Positions 26,288 to 41,033 of a stretch of 64,000 nt of DNA are shown piece after piece. Numbering within the stretch: position 1 is the stretch's first letter; each line of letters starts with the position of its first letter. Source of the DNA: the human T2T-CHM13v2.0 reference genome, Homo sapiens. Position numbers and translations under genes: made by a program. The stretch lies in NCBI RefSeq assembly GCF_009914755.1, contig NC_060934.1. One strand, written 5' to 3'. Under the pieces are notes generated by a model, which saw only the letters and a list, made by a program, of their open reading frames with translations, did not search any database and was not told where the DNA came from.

Positions 26288-27658
26288 CTGGAAGACAGAA
26301 ACAGAGGCTGGGACCCAGGGCCCCCTGGGCCGGCCTGCTCCTAGGACACCCGTGCCTGGACTGACATCCCTAAGGAGGGCGCACTCGTGCTCTGCATCTG
26401 TGGGACATTCTCTACACAGTCCTCTGCAGAGCATAATGTCAGGGTGCCTCGGTACTGGGCCCCAAGCCAGATACCCAAACACCCCAGGGTGGCCAAAGAA
26501 AATGTATAGGCACCCTGGGGAAAACACCAGGTGCTCTGGCTGTGGGGCCTCTTGCACTTGGGGCCTCCTTGGCTCAGAGCTGAGCAGCACCATGGGGAGG
26601 AGCGGGGGGATTCCGGACTGCAGGAGGCACACGGGCTTCCATGCTCCAGTGGTGAAGGCATGGAGTTGCAGAGACCCTGAAACTTTCCAAACCATCACAG
26701 GGTGGAAGGCAGGTGATCTGTTCTCAGTTGTAATATACCACACGGTCTGACCAAATCGGAGCAAACCCCTATCTTTGGTGGCCTTGGAAACAGACCATGG
26801 CTGGGCCTCAGCAACACAAGCATTTGACTTTGCTATCTGGGTAACCGACCTGTTATCTCCAGAGCGCTAGGAGGGTTCCTGAGATTTGCCTACTGGGGGT
26901 GACAGATAAGCAGTGGCTCCAGGAGGAAGCCCCTCCTGGAATCCCATATAGTCCCTCATTTTCTAGAGTGCGGTTGAGTCAGCAAGAAGATATCTTATTC
27001 AAAGCCTCCACCCTTTAATAGTTTTATTATAGACATATATCACATATAGTAATAAATATTCCTTTAACAATCTGATCCCCAAGTTCTCATCTGTGGCTTC
27101 CATCTGCAAACATTTGGGGCCTTGGCCTGTAGTAGGCAGAAGTGCTTCTGCTCTGTGACATCTGACCAGTCCCAGTCACCACTCCTGTGGGCCTTCAGAA
27201 GGGCCAGCTCAAGAGGCCCTGGGACAACCCTTCTGAGGATGCTCAGAGAAACAGCATGGCTGGGCCTCTAACCAGGTCCCTGGCACCTCTCATGGCCTTG
27301 AGCTGCAGCGGGAGGCCCCACTTGCTTCTGGAAACCATTCAGGTACACGGGTGTCCTCAGTTGCCAGCCCGATGGACCACGGAAGAACACTTCATCCCTG
27401 CCACTGCCGTGGTGCTGACTTTTTGCCATTTCTTAGGAACCTTGGGATGCTGCCTTCATACCATGCCTACTGGGAGGAAGGCCTCGAGTTCTATATCAGA
27501 CCCCTGGGGTTTAGTGCATTCTTCTTGCAGACCAGGTTCAGAAGGTCTCCTAATGTCACACACTCACAAATAACTTCTCATCAGGCGAAGTCGGCCTCAT
27601 CATGGGCAGAGGGGCTTGGGAGGTCCAATTACTGGGCAAGGAGGGAAGGGGATTTTCA

Positions 27659-28004
<346 letters not shown>

Positions 28005-29030
28005 TTATCAACTCCTTCACTTTATGTAGAAAGAGAGGGAGGGTGGCCCACTGTCCCAGTTTGCTCAGGATAGAGAGATTTCCTGGGATGTGAGACTTTC
28101 AGTGCTAAAACTGATACTACCAGCAGGCAGGTGACTGAACATCTTCACTCTGTAAATACCAAATGCCTCAAAATGGCAGAACCACATCTGGAAGGCTGAC
28201 TTTATAAAACCAGATAAGAACCACCACTCTCGTGTCCTGCACTGTCCGTGGCGAACCCTCTTCCCATCACCTAGTACCCTCAGCTACGGCCAACCACCCG
28301 GGCAGCATCAATGCCTGTCAGCTCAGCCCATGGGTCAGAGAAGCTGGGTCTGCCCTTAGGTGACATCGGTCAACAGGGCCCTGACTCAGGTGCATGACAG
28401 GATTTCCCACTGCCCCCTATTCAAGCAAGTAAAAGTCCCCCCTCCCCAGCTTCACTCTCACAGGGTCACATTAGACATCCTTAGCACAAACATGGCTGGA
28501 GGTTAAAGTGAAAGAGGATGTGGCTCTCACACGTATGGTGCCCTCGGGAAAGGTGAAACCTCTGAGCCTGGATCCCAAGGGGTCGGGAGGAAGAAATCCC
28601 AAATAAGACCAAGAGGGGCCCCTTCCGAGGGACAGCTCCTGTGCTGATTCTTCCATCCTTGAGGTTGTGGAGTCAAGGACCTCCCAGGAGCATAGAAGGT
28701 CCAAGGGGGAAGCTTCCACAAAACGGGGTGAGGAAGAAGGGACAACTTGCTGCAAAGAAACTGCCAGGCCTGTATGTATACAATTCTCCTCCAAAGTTCA
28801 AACTTGAAAATAAACTGGGGATGGCAGTAGACCCATGAGTGGAGCCCAAGGAGTTGGTGTGAAGGAAGAAAGGCAAAGACCCAGACGCTACATTACGGTT
28901 ACCATGTCCCACTGGGATGTCAGCCTGCCAGGTGGGACTTGTGGCAGTGAGGCCCCCACAGGGCCAGAAAAAGCAAGGTGGGCCTGGGCCACGGCAGCAG
29001 GGACAGGGATGGGAAGGGAGAAAGGGTGGC

Positions 29031-29258
29031 ATAAGCTCCGCCCCTTGTCCCCTCTTCCCACACTGTAAGTCCCACTCCTCATCCCTCTTCCCACACCATA
29101 AGTTCCACCCCTCATCCCTCTTCCCACACCATAAGCTCCACCCCCACCCCTTCCCAAACCATAAGCTCCACCCCTCATCCCTCTTCCCACACCATAAGCT
29201 CCGCCCCTCATCCCTCTTCCCACACTGTAAGCTCTGCCCCCATCTCTCTACCCACACT
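29031..29258. repeat. 33-bp minisatellite, ~7 units (ATAAGCTCCACCCCTCATCCCTCTTCCCACACC)
   Basis: units start at 29031, 29065, 29098, 29131, 29161, 29194 and 29227 (30-34 bp each). Confidence 0.93.
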
Positions 29259-30207
29259 ACCCCTGAAATTCTGAGCAGGAACTCTGACTTAGATGGGAAA
29301 TCTTTATATGGAAATTCAGATCCAGCAGTCTAGAGGGGTGAAGAGCCCTGGGTAAAATTCTACAACTCGAGGGCATCCGAGTGTGCCTGGTGTGCAACTG
29401 AAAATCCAGCAGAACTGTCCCCCGCCCAGGACACTCTCACATCCTGAAGACACTGAGGCTGCCCCAAGTCTGTGGAAAACAGCTTGGGCTGGCCACTCAG
29501 GGGAGACCTTTCATCTGTCCCTCTCCAGCTGGGCTGGCCTCAGCTCCACAGCAAAAGCTTTGGCCTGTTTCCATAGGGGGTTCCCCACTGTACCAAGATG
29601 AGGATGCAGGTGGGAAGCGAAGGTGAAGAGGACCCCACTCCTGAGCAGAGGAAAAGGCAAGGTCATGGGCCCAGGCAGTGTCTGGGAGGCCTCGGACAAA
29701 GTAACCACACTTCTTTGCTTGAACCAGCTCCTGTCCAGTGAGGGGCCGTGTCCTACCTGCAAACTCCCATGGAAGCCACAGTAGAGAGCTGAGGAGAGGT
29801 GAGAAGAGGCAGCGGACTCTGCACAAATTCAACCTCCCCAGGAGTCCCAGAACTGCTGTGGACTCCGAGAAAAGGAGGAAATGCTAAAGTATCGCCCAGG
29901 CTCTCAAAAACCCAGCTGTCTTTCTCTCTGGGCAGGAGGACTCAATGCTTTCAAGTGCAAGCTTTGTTTCTGCATTAACACTTGCAGCCACCCTCAACAG
30001 AAGCCCTCCACTTGGCAGCCCTCAGCAAACCTATGGGTCTGTTTGCCTGGGATCAGGCCAGGGTCAACTGCAACCACAGAACACTCTCCGTCTTTGCTAA
30101 TTCTGCCTTCAGAGAAGGTGCCTCATGGTTACTACTCCCACGTGAGCCCTCCCTCCACTGGGGCCCCTGCCAAGCACTTAACATATTCTGTCTCCAGTCC
30201 TATACGC

Positions 30208-30433
30208 CAAGCTTGTCCAACCCATGGCCCACAGGCCACATTGTGGCCCAGGACGACTTTGGATGCAGCCCAACACAAATTTGTAAACTTTCTTAAAACA
30301 TGATGAGTTTTTTTTTGCGATTTTTTTTTTAGCTCATCAGCTATCATTAGTGTTAGTGTATTTAATGTGTGACCCAAGACAATCCTTCTTCTTCCAATGT
30401 GGCCCACGGAAGCCAAAAGATTGGACACCCCTG
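30208..30433. mobile_element. MER30 hAT-Charlie MITE
   Basis: inverted ends CAAGCTTGTCCAA ... TTGGACACCCCTG; interior matches MER30 as recalled. Confidence 0.85.
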
Positions 30434-31886
30434 TTATTAACGGTGCAGACATGTGTAGCCTCTCCTGCAGGATGGTAGATTTTCTAACAGCAACGCTCAG
30501 TTCTTCTTGCCCCAAAGCACACAGTAGGTGTTCAGGAGGTAGCTGCTGAACGAATGGACCCACCAGCCCTCCAGCCAGCCTTTTTTCCTGCAGTTTCCTG
30601 GCCCTCATCCCTGCATTCCACAGACATGACCTGGGGATTCTACATACAGGAAGTATCTGAACCAAGAGCATGCTTCCCCATTTGCCTCCTCCAAGAATTC
30701 GGGGCAGCAGGAGCGACATCGTAGTAGCTTTTTAGAGCCTTCCTCTGTGATCACGAGTTTCACTCAGGAGAAGCAGGTGAGAAAACCACACTCCAGGGAG
30801 ACTGAGAAGCTGAGGAGGTGGTGTTTACACCAACTACTCTGCTCCTCTGCCTTGCAGTCAGCCAGGAGAATCTGCCAAGGGACTGTGTCCATAGCTGAGA
30901 AAAAATAGCCAGATCAGTTAAGAGCGCTGCTGGTCTGCGGTCAGGCTACAGAAAGGCTACAGCTGCACCAGTTCGGGGTGTTATGCTGTTTTGTTTTCCT
31001 GATGATCATTTCTCACTGCAGCTTGTTCAGAAAGGGAGGCAGAAGAAGCTGCGTCTCCATGTTAGATGAGAGGATCGTACATATGGGAGCAGCATTTATT
31101 TAACACGTTTCCGGAGCCTACTAGAGTTACACATTTTAGGCAAAATGCCCTTTGATATAAACTGGACTATTTCCTATCCACAATCCCCACAGCTTCAGAA
31201 CAGTCTCCAGTTCTAAGTCTTTTCTAAAGGCCTCAGAAGAGGGATCAGCTGTTCTTTCTGTTATCATCTTTTCACTGAATGCTCTTAAAGGGTCTAAAGA
31301 TGGCTTGAGTCTGTGAATTACAAAAGATAAAGGTTTAACCCATCTTTTCAACAAGCACTCAACACAAGGCGAGTTTCTGGAGTTTCACCGATGAAACTGC
31401 ATCTGTGCACCCTCTCTGCAGCCTTTACGGGCAGTGAGCCATAGCCTGCCCCAGCAGAGGCTCCAGAACTCCAGACCTGCTCCTCACAACATCATCTCCC
31501 AGCTCTGCTTCCAGGCTGCTTTCTCCTCCACCTGGCAGGTGGGAGGTTCAAGTTCAGCCCCCACCACTGCCCCAGAAACCTGTGCTCAGGAGGCCTTTGA
31601 TAAGCCTGAAAGGAGGGGCTCCATTTTCCCCACACAAGCAGAGTAGACGTGACCAGTTCTCCAACTGTCCTACTGGAGTAGCCACTCTACCTCATCCTTC
31701 CAGCTCTCCTGCCTGAAGTTGGGCCCATGGGATGGGATGCACTTTGGGTAGAAGGGTCAGTGGGCAGCCACCGCCTTGCAGAAGGAGACAGATGACCACC
31801 TGATTTAATACCTTTCACATACATGGGTGCCTGGTGAGCACTCGCAGAAGCTGCTAGGCTGAGAACTATGTTCTGTGCTCAGACAC

Positions 31887-32381
31887 TGTATTAGTCAGGG
31901 TTCTCCAGAGAAACAGAAGCAGTAGGGCATACAGACACACAGACAGACAGACAGACAGACAGATAGATAATTATAAGGATTTGGCTTATGCAGTTATAGA
32001 GGCTGAGAAGTTCCAAGATCTGCAGCCAGCAAGCTGGAGACCCAGGAGAACCCACGGTACAGGTTGGCAGGCTCGAGACCCTGGGACAGTCAATGTTTAA
32101 GTTTGAGTCCAAAGGCAGGGGAAAAAAAAAAAAAACAATGACCCAGCTCAAAGGCAGTCATGCAGGAGGAACTCCCGCTTACTCGGGAGGGTCAGCGTTT
32201 TGCTCTATTCAGGCCTTCAACTGATTAGATGAGGCCCACCTTCCTCAAGGAGGGCCATTGCTTTGCTCAGTTTATTGATTTAAATGTTGAACTTTATCAC
32301 AGGAACACTCAGGATAATGACTGACTAAATATCTGGCATCCTGTGGCCTAGTCAAGTTGACATATAAAATTAATCATCACA
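31887..32381 (-). mobile_element. MLT2 (ERVL) solo LTR
   Basis: TGTATTAGTCAGGGTTCTCCAGAGAAACAGAA ... GTCAAGTTGACATATAAAATTAATCATCACA. Confidence 0.85.
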
Positions 32382-34669
32382 GGTACATATCTTTCTTATT
32401 CTGTATAATAATGGGGGATGGAGAGAGAGTAGAAAGATGTTAATTTTGCTCATAGAGTTGCAAATTTCACTTCCACTTTGTCCTAAGACTCTCCAGAAGA
32501 CAGGCTAAAGAGACTACAGCAAAGTCTGCAGAGCAACTGTGCCTCCCAATACACCCCTCTCCCTAACCCAAAAGTATGCAAGGCTTCAGTGAACCATTTG
32601 GCTGGGAGCAACCCAGGGGCCAGATCCCTGCCTTGGTTGGGTATAGAATCCAGTGCCTACCACAGTCCTGACACAGAGATAGGCCTCTAGTTTAGGTTTG
32701 TTTAATGAATAAATAAATGCATGAACAAAAAAAGCAATTGAATGATCGCCGCCCTCTTTAAATCCACTCAGCGGCTGTCAATGGAACAAAGCAAGTATCA
32801 AATCAGAACTGCAAAGGATCAAAAACGAAGCTGCAAAAACACTGTACCAAAGTTAGCCAGCATCGAGGAAACAGCATGTCTCTGGACTTCCGAAAGCAAA
32901 TTCCCCACATTCATAAACACAGCTCACATCTGTCCTCACCCAAGAGCTGCAGGCCTTTTTCTCTCTGGGGTACCTATTTGATTCCAACAACCCCCAGGGA
33001 TTTGGTGCCCTCCACTGTGACTCCCCAGTGTGAGGGCCCCACACCTCTTGTCCCACCTCCTAGAAGAGCCAGCCCAGGGCTCAAACTCCCCTGACAGATT
33101 CACCAGCCACTGCACCTCTCTTTTTTTTTTTCAGGCTATAAATAAGAATTGACCTTTTCGTGGGTCACACATTTGTTGCTGAAGTCTTCCTGTGGGGCTG
33201 GGAAAAGAGTCAAAACCATGAATCTTGAATATTCTTCCTGGGAAAAACTCAGAACGCCAGGTGGCGTCTCTGCAGACAGCTGTGTCCCGATGCCCCATTT
33301 CTGGGCCCTGCCGGAAGGCTGACACTATGGAGCTTGTGCTCCGTGATGCCCAGGGCTTCTGTGAATGGCTAAACTGCATTTTTTAATTCTCTTTTTAAAG
33401 AGCTTGCCTCTTTCTGGAGCTTCCACCCTCTTCCTTCATCCCTATAAAAACAGATCTATTTTTGGCAGGTACATACACTGAGCCAGATTCTCACACTGCA
33501 AGGAGGCAGGGGAGTGCAGGGGAAGCAGCCTGGGGAAGGGGAGAGAGTGCAGGGAGGAGACGACTCGCCCTTGACTGCACGCAAGTTGAACTGTGTGCTA
33601 CTTGGAGTCAAGCCTTCCGAGTGAGCGCTGAAAACAATTCATGGTGCTGAGGTTCCCATGGCCATTCAACTATGCTGGGGCTCAGGGTTGACTCTGTGGG
33701 TTTTTTGTAAAGAAAGTGTCACAAACAAAATCAGAGGTACGTCTCCTGGGAAAGGTGGGCAGGATGCTTCCTGAGAGTCATGACAGTGGGGAGGGGACAT
33801 CTAATGACTCTGGTGACTTGCCGTACAACCCAACCTCAGCTGAAGACTCACAAAACTGACTCTCAATACACAGAGAGCTGACCCAGGCCCCAGGCGTGGG
33901 TGTTCATACGCCCAGGGGCTTAAGTGCAACAGGAACCAGCTCTGTCCTGTCCCTGGGACCATAACAACAGGTGAGCATGGCTTGCCATTCCTGCCTGGAA
34001 GCCAGATCCTCACAGCAGCCGCCCCTAGTGCCCACAGGGATGGGCTGGCCACTGGCACTGGAGCATCTGTCTCCCTGGCCAACAAGCGCCTGTGCCTGGT
34101 ATGCCCCTTGGCCGTGCCACTGCCCTCTGCAGGGGTCTGCCACCTCCAACACCCCCCCGCTGAGTGAAGTGTGCAGGGAACAATCACACTTCCCTTCTTT
34201 TCTGCGGCAGACATGCAGTTTTCAGCCTCCACGCCAAGCTGAAAATGCCTGGTTCGTGGCCAATGGCCTTGGCTTGCTTGCTTTCTTGTTCAAATATTCC
34301 TGTTTCCCAAGCCTTTCCCTTAAGGTTCTCACTTCATTTCACCCACAGAGAAATGTCTCTGAACCACAGCTTTGAAATCCTAGCCCTGGAGACTCCGCAG
34401 TAGAAACATGACCTGGAAATGTAGAAAGCCAGGAAGGAAACCGAACCCAGCTCTTGTTGTGGGACTGACCCCCATGGCTCCCCCAGGAGGAAGCTGAGGA
34501 AAGGGACGGCTCCTTGTCTCCCAGCTCCCACCCTGGCTAGGGGAGCCTCCTTGCTGCCTCCCATGGAGGCCAGTGAATGTGGGAGGTACCTGGGCGGGGC
34601 TACAGTCACCACCCTGGGCATCTTGAGTCCTTCTCCTCCGGCTTCCACCCGCCCTGACTCTACCCTCAC

Positions 34670-34786
34670 CTGGTAGGCAGCTTGTCTCATGAACTGCTTG
34701 GCCGGCTGCTTCCAGATGGCAGGCACCGTGATGACCCATCTGACATCAGAGTTCTCGAACTCCGAACCCGCCTGGTCACTCAGCTC
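34670..34786 (-). CDS. HSPA12A: HSPA12A exon 6 ([39 protein letters not shown])
   Basis: cttcag|GAG ... CAG|gtgagg; 117 nt; Hsp70 VITVPA motif. Confidence 0.97.
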
Positions 34787-37564
34787 CTGAAGCCAAGGGA
34801 AAGAAATGCAACAGGTCAAGTGGCAGCTGGTTCCTGGAGCAGCCTCCTGTGTCTTCACTGAACCCAGGCTTCCTGCCATGAGCTCTTCAGGAGCCAGTTT
34901 CAGGGTGCCCCAAACTTACCAGCATCAGAGAGCAAAGATCTGTTTCCTGAATATTCTGCAAGCCGGGAGCTCTAGCCCCTTTCCCTCACTGAATGGGACC
35001 GTGGGCTGGAGAAAGGAGGATCAGAGGAAATCCCTTTGGCCACTTCCTAATCATGTGACTTTGGACAACTGACAACCTCTTAGGCCTCAGTTTCCATATC
35101 TGTGCAGTGGGGATTATAATGCCAAGCTCCAACGATTGTTGAGAGGATTGATGATTTATGGAGAGCTACATTTACTGAGTGCTTATCACGTATCTGCCAC
35201 CTTATTAAGCACTTTGCATACCTTGTCTCTATTCATCCAGTCAAGAATCCTGTTAGGAAGGGAGTCTCACTGCGCCCCTTTCCTACAAATGGGAATACTG
35301 AGACTTTGATATGCTCAGTACCTTTTTGACCACTGTGCAGTTAGAAAGTAGCAGAGCCAAAATTTAGACCCAAAGCCTAGTCTATCTTGACTCAGCAAAG
35401 GTCTGAGTTGTTACACGTGGTCCCATAGGTAAACAGTGCCTGGCCCACAGTGATGCTTACCAGCCGGTGGCAGCTGTCATCATTGTCATCTACCTTATGC
35501 AAGGCCAGCATTATCAGGGGCATTTTCCCAACAGGAAGGGAAGGCTATGAATGATATGACCTCATCAAGAACCATGCGGCCCTTAACTTTTGGTTAAGGT
35601 TAAACGACATCACTGAGGCCCATGTTGATAAATGGGCTGGGCAGAAGCATCAGAGGTTTCCACCTGGTTCACGGGGACAAAATATGTCGCTGGAGGACTT
35701 CTTAGACTCAGTATTCCCATCTGCGCAACGGAGATCATAAAACTAACTCACAGCATTGCTGGCGAGATTAAATGAAAACACATGAGGGAATGCTGGCCCA
35801 AAGACCTCTGATAAATGCCAGTTCTTTCCTTCCTTTCTCTTCCCCTTGCCACGTTCACCAGACAAATCTGTAATCAAACCGAAACACACACCAAGGCACT
35901 TCTGTGTCTAAATCAGCTCTGGAGAGACAAGAAAGATTAATAGACTGATGAAAAAACAAACAAACAAAATTCCTGACACTGTCTCATTTTTCCTATTGTT
36001 TCAAACAGTTATCTTGGGTCTGGCCCACCCTCTCTCTCTCTGAACTAACTTCCTCTTTGATCAGCAAATGATTTTTTTTTGCCTTTTTCTAAAAATTTTT
36101 AATAAAAATGTTTCATGGTAAAAATGTACACACCCTAAAATTCATCACCTTAACCATTTTTAAGTGCACAGTTAAGTACATTCAGTAAACTATTTTAAAA
36201 CATCTTTCTAAAAACATCTCTGCTGTGGACCAACACAAAGCAGCCATTTTTTTATCATCATATTTTGTTTCCTTGCAGGTCTGCATTGGGTTTGAAAAAG
36301 CAGGTGAGGGTATGATGTGTGTTGGGAAGATTCTAAGCATGGCACCCATTACCAGGCAGGTGATTTTAAACTCTTTAAAAGGAAAAGGGTTCAAAATACA
36401 CATGAGGGGCTTCCTTGAGCTGTCTGGAGAGTTTAGAGGAGCTGTCAGTTCCCCAGCGGGTAGGGAACAGCTTGGAAGGGAAAGGCGCCAGCATTAATTA
36501 ACTGACCATCTCATGTGTCAGGCACTGTCACGGGCTTTCCTTCATGACCCACTGGGTGGCTTCATTTCTGTGACTCTTGGACGTCCCACTTGAGTAGGTA
36601 TCCTGCCTTTGCTTATTCCAGCCAAGCAAGCCATAACCCCCTCCCTCCAACTCCAGCCAGCCCCTGGCAAGGTCTAGCTCCTCCTATACATCAAACAGCT
36701 TTTTCTCCTGGAATTTATTCACGGCATATTCCCTGCTGGGAGGAGCTACCTTTGAAAGAAAGGTGCCAGCAAGTTCCCTGGAGTCTCTCTGGCCGAGCTG
36801 AGGAATTCACAAACAACCACCCACATGGCCACTTGACCTTCTGGGGCCGTTCCCTCCACCTCCTCCCTCCCCTTCTGAGATGGGCTGCTCACTCCTTTCC
36901 TGTTGGCAAATTTGAAACGCACCAACATCCTGGGCTTTCTGAGTCCTAAATTTTGCCCCCGAGCCCCTACGGCTCCTCCTCCTAACTCAGGAGCCCCTGT
37001 GCGCTCTGCACTCTCTGCTCCTTCACCTGCCTCGGTGCCCACAGACACATCCTCACGTGGCCTCCTGGGCCACCAGGCGCTGAGCCTGTCCCTCTGCAAC
37101 CTTTGCTCTTCCAGCAGACCTGGGTCCACCTCGTTGTGCCCCTCCCCTTCTGCCCTTTTGCCGCCTGGAACAAAGGGGCTGACCCCTTCTCCAGTTCCAA
37201 GCAGGCTTCACAACGCTTGTCTCTGACTGTGGTCACCTTCCCGAACACCACCCAGTCCCCTCCCTTCCCTCTCCCATGCCTCAACCCCCACCCCACAGTG
37301 ACCTTGCTGCCAGGCCTCCCCTGTCCCCTTGTCCCCTTACTGGTGGAATACTGTTTGCCCAGAACCCACTCCTTCCCAGCCCACGGGCCCTCTTTCTTCT
37401 TGGTTGTCAGATCCTCCTTCTTGCTCCCCGAATGACCCTGTGGCTCTCAGTCTCAGAGCCTCCCTCTCTCCCTGCAGACAAACCTGCAGAATCTGAGTCA
37501 ACTGCCTCCACACCACCGACCTCCACCCTGCAGGCTCTCGGGATTACTGGGGTCTCTCACTCTA

Positions 37565-38596
<1,032 letters not shown>

Positions 38597-38598
38597 CT

Positions 38599-38956
38599 TG
38601 ATATGGTGTGGCTGTATGGTCCCCACCCAAATCTCACCTTGAATTGTAATAATCCCCACGTGTCAAGGGTGGGGCCAGGTGGAGATAACTGAATCATGGG
38701 GGCAGTTTCCCCCATACTGTTCTCGTGGTAGTGAATAAGTCTCACGAGATCTGATGGTTTTACAAAGGGAAGTTCCCCTGCACAAGCTCTCTTGCCTGCA
38801 ACCATGTAAGACGTTCCTTTATTCTTCCTTCGTCTTGCATCATGATTGTGAGGCCTCCCCAGCCATGTGGAACTGTAAGTCCATTAAACCTCTTCCTTTA
38901 TAAATTACCCAATCTCAGGTACGTCTTTATTAGCAGCATGAGAACAGACTAATACA
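38599..38956 (+). mobile_element. THE1 solo LTR (358 bp)
   Basis: TGATATGG...CCCCACCCAAATCTCA ... GAGAACAGACTAATACA; 5-bp TSD ACACT. Confidence 0.92.
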
Positions 38957-40009
38957 ACACTCTACTACTATCCCGATGGCCACGTCACTCATTCCCCCAC
39001 TAGAAATCCTTTGAGGACTCCCCATTAACCAAGAAGAAGTTCCTTGGCTTGGCATCCGCAGCTCTGCACTACCTTATCCTGAGCTCATGGCATCCTGGCT
39101 TTATCCCGCAGCCTTACCCTCCTTCCACCTCAACTGCTTTCTTCCCACAGCTGTTTGTCTGCTGCTTTCTTCCTTCTGAGCTGAGCCTGTGCCATTCCAC
39201 CAGCTTGAAATACCCACCCTTCCAGTTGCTGCCTGTGAACCACACCCCACCCTGCCCCGAATCCACCTCCTACAGGGAGCCTTCCATGATGCTCCCCAAT
39301 GGACAGAATCTCTGCCTCCCCCAGCACCCACAGTTACCCCCTCACCACTCTGACCCTGACCACACACTCCTGTATACTGAGTTGATTTCTACACTGCCAT
39401 AACTTGTATAGGATTTCACACATAAAAGGTACTCAAAAAAACAGGTACTTGAATAGATGAAAGTAATACCATGTTCTCACTTCCTCTTTGTCTCCCTCTG
39501 ACCCTATTTCTAGAATTCACTAAATTTCCTTTAGTGGTCACACAATACCAAATGCTTCTGAAGTTCCCAAATCTTTTTGGATAAAGCTCAAAACATCAGT
39601 GCTCTTTAATCATCTGATCCCCACCCACTGGTCTCCATGCCTGTGGGAGGAGACACGAGTGGACAGCCACATTCCACTTCAAAATTAGATGCTTTTGGCA
39701 TTTCAGGCCACCATGACCACAGACCTTTGTGGGGGCGACCCAAGGGGGCTCACGCTATTAGCTTCTTCCATGGGGTCTGGGGGGATAGAGGAGGAGGGGG
39801 AGGAGGGGGAGAAATAGCAGCCACCATTTACCCAGTGCTTACTATAGACCAAGCTCCAAGGAGGGCACTGCATGTCCAGTCCCATTTTCTATCAAATGGC
39901 CTATGAGGTACAGTTACCCACCCCACTCTCCAGTTAGGAAAGTGGATCTTGGAAAGATTAAGTACCTTGACCAAAATGGCACAGCTGCTAAGTATGTTTC
40001 CTGCCTCTC

Positions 40010-40780
40010 TTTTTGTTTTACTCAGATATAATTTCCATACCATAAAATTCCCAGTTATAAAGTGTGTAGTTCAGTGGGTTTTCGTATATTCACAAGGTTG
40101 CGCGCCCAACCCCATTACCTAATTTCATCACCCCCCAAAGAAACTCATATCCTTCAGCAGTCGCTCCTATTCCCACTCCCTGCAGCCCTATGCAGAAAAA
40201 GTCTCTGCTTTCTGTTTCTGTGAAGGTGCCTGTTCTGGACATTTCATACAAATGGAATCACATGGTATGTGGCTATCTGTATCTGGCTTCTTTCACTTCA
40301 CATGGCGTTTTCAAGGTTTCTCCATGTGGTAGGATGTATCAGTAGTTCATCCTACTGATGAATAACATTCATTGTAAGATAGATCACATTTTGTTTCTCC
40401 ATTCATCAGTGGATGGGCATGTGGATTTTTTCCGATTTTCGTCGTTGTGAATAATGTTGCTATGCACATTCATGTATACGTGTGTTTGTGTGGACAGCAT
40501 GTGGACTGTTTCTACTTTTCACAGTTATGAATAATGTTGCTATGCACATTCATGTATACGTGTGTGTGGACATCTTCTTTCATTTCTCTTAGGGATTTCA
40601 TTTCTCTTAGGGATTTCATTTCTTCTTTCATTTCTCTTAGGGATTTCTTTCATTTCTCCACCCAGGAGTGGAGCTGCTGGGTCCTACGGTAACTCTGTGC
40701 TTTACTTTTTTAGGAATTGCCAAACTGTTTTCCAAAGAGGCCGCACCATTTTACTTTCCCACCAGCAGCGTGTGAGGGTT
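40010..40780 (-). mobile_element. L1M (L1MB-like) 3' fragment with internal tandem duplications
   Basis: typical L1M 3' UTR reverse sequence; ~80-bp duplication at ~40417-40572 and repeated TTTCATTTCTCTTAGGGA units at ~40578-40657. Confidence 0.8.
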
Positions 40781-40928
40781 CATCCTGTTGTGTTGACTCC
40801 AAAGCCCACACTCTCCCTCCAGGCTGTGCCTCCTACCCTGGCCAGCAGGTGCAGCAGCCCGAGACACGGAGCTGGCACGGGTGCCACCGCCTAGCACACA
40901 GCTGGCTGGCCTCAACTATCAGTCCTAC

Positions 40929-41033
40929 CTTCAGCGCCTGCTCCTTAAAGTACTGCAGGGCATAAGCAAAGATTTCAAGGGCTTTGACTTTCTTGCCATT
41001 TGCTGCCGTCAGGTCTGTATCCATGGTGAGGTC
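40929..41033 (-). CDS. HSPA12A: HSPA12A exon 5 ([35 protein letters not shown])
   Basis: ctaccag|GAC ... AAG|gtagga; 105 nt. Confidence 0.96.

Noticed and set aside
26288-26764. N-terminal extension of the 239-aa ORF upstream of HSPA12A exon 7
   Set aside because: Open intronic frame ahead of a strong acceptor, with no Hsp70 similarity; exon phases already close without it.
28673-29333. ORFs of 111-194 aa with repeated peptides (CGKRDEGWSLW, PHHKLHPSSLF)
   Set aside because: By-products of a 33-bp repeat unit (a multiple of 3) lacking stops; units have no unique spacers, so it is not CRISPR-like either.
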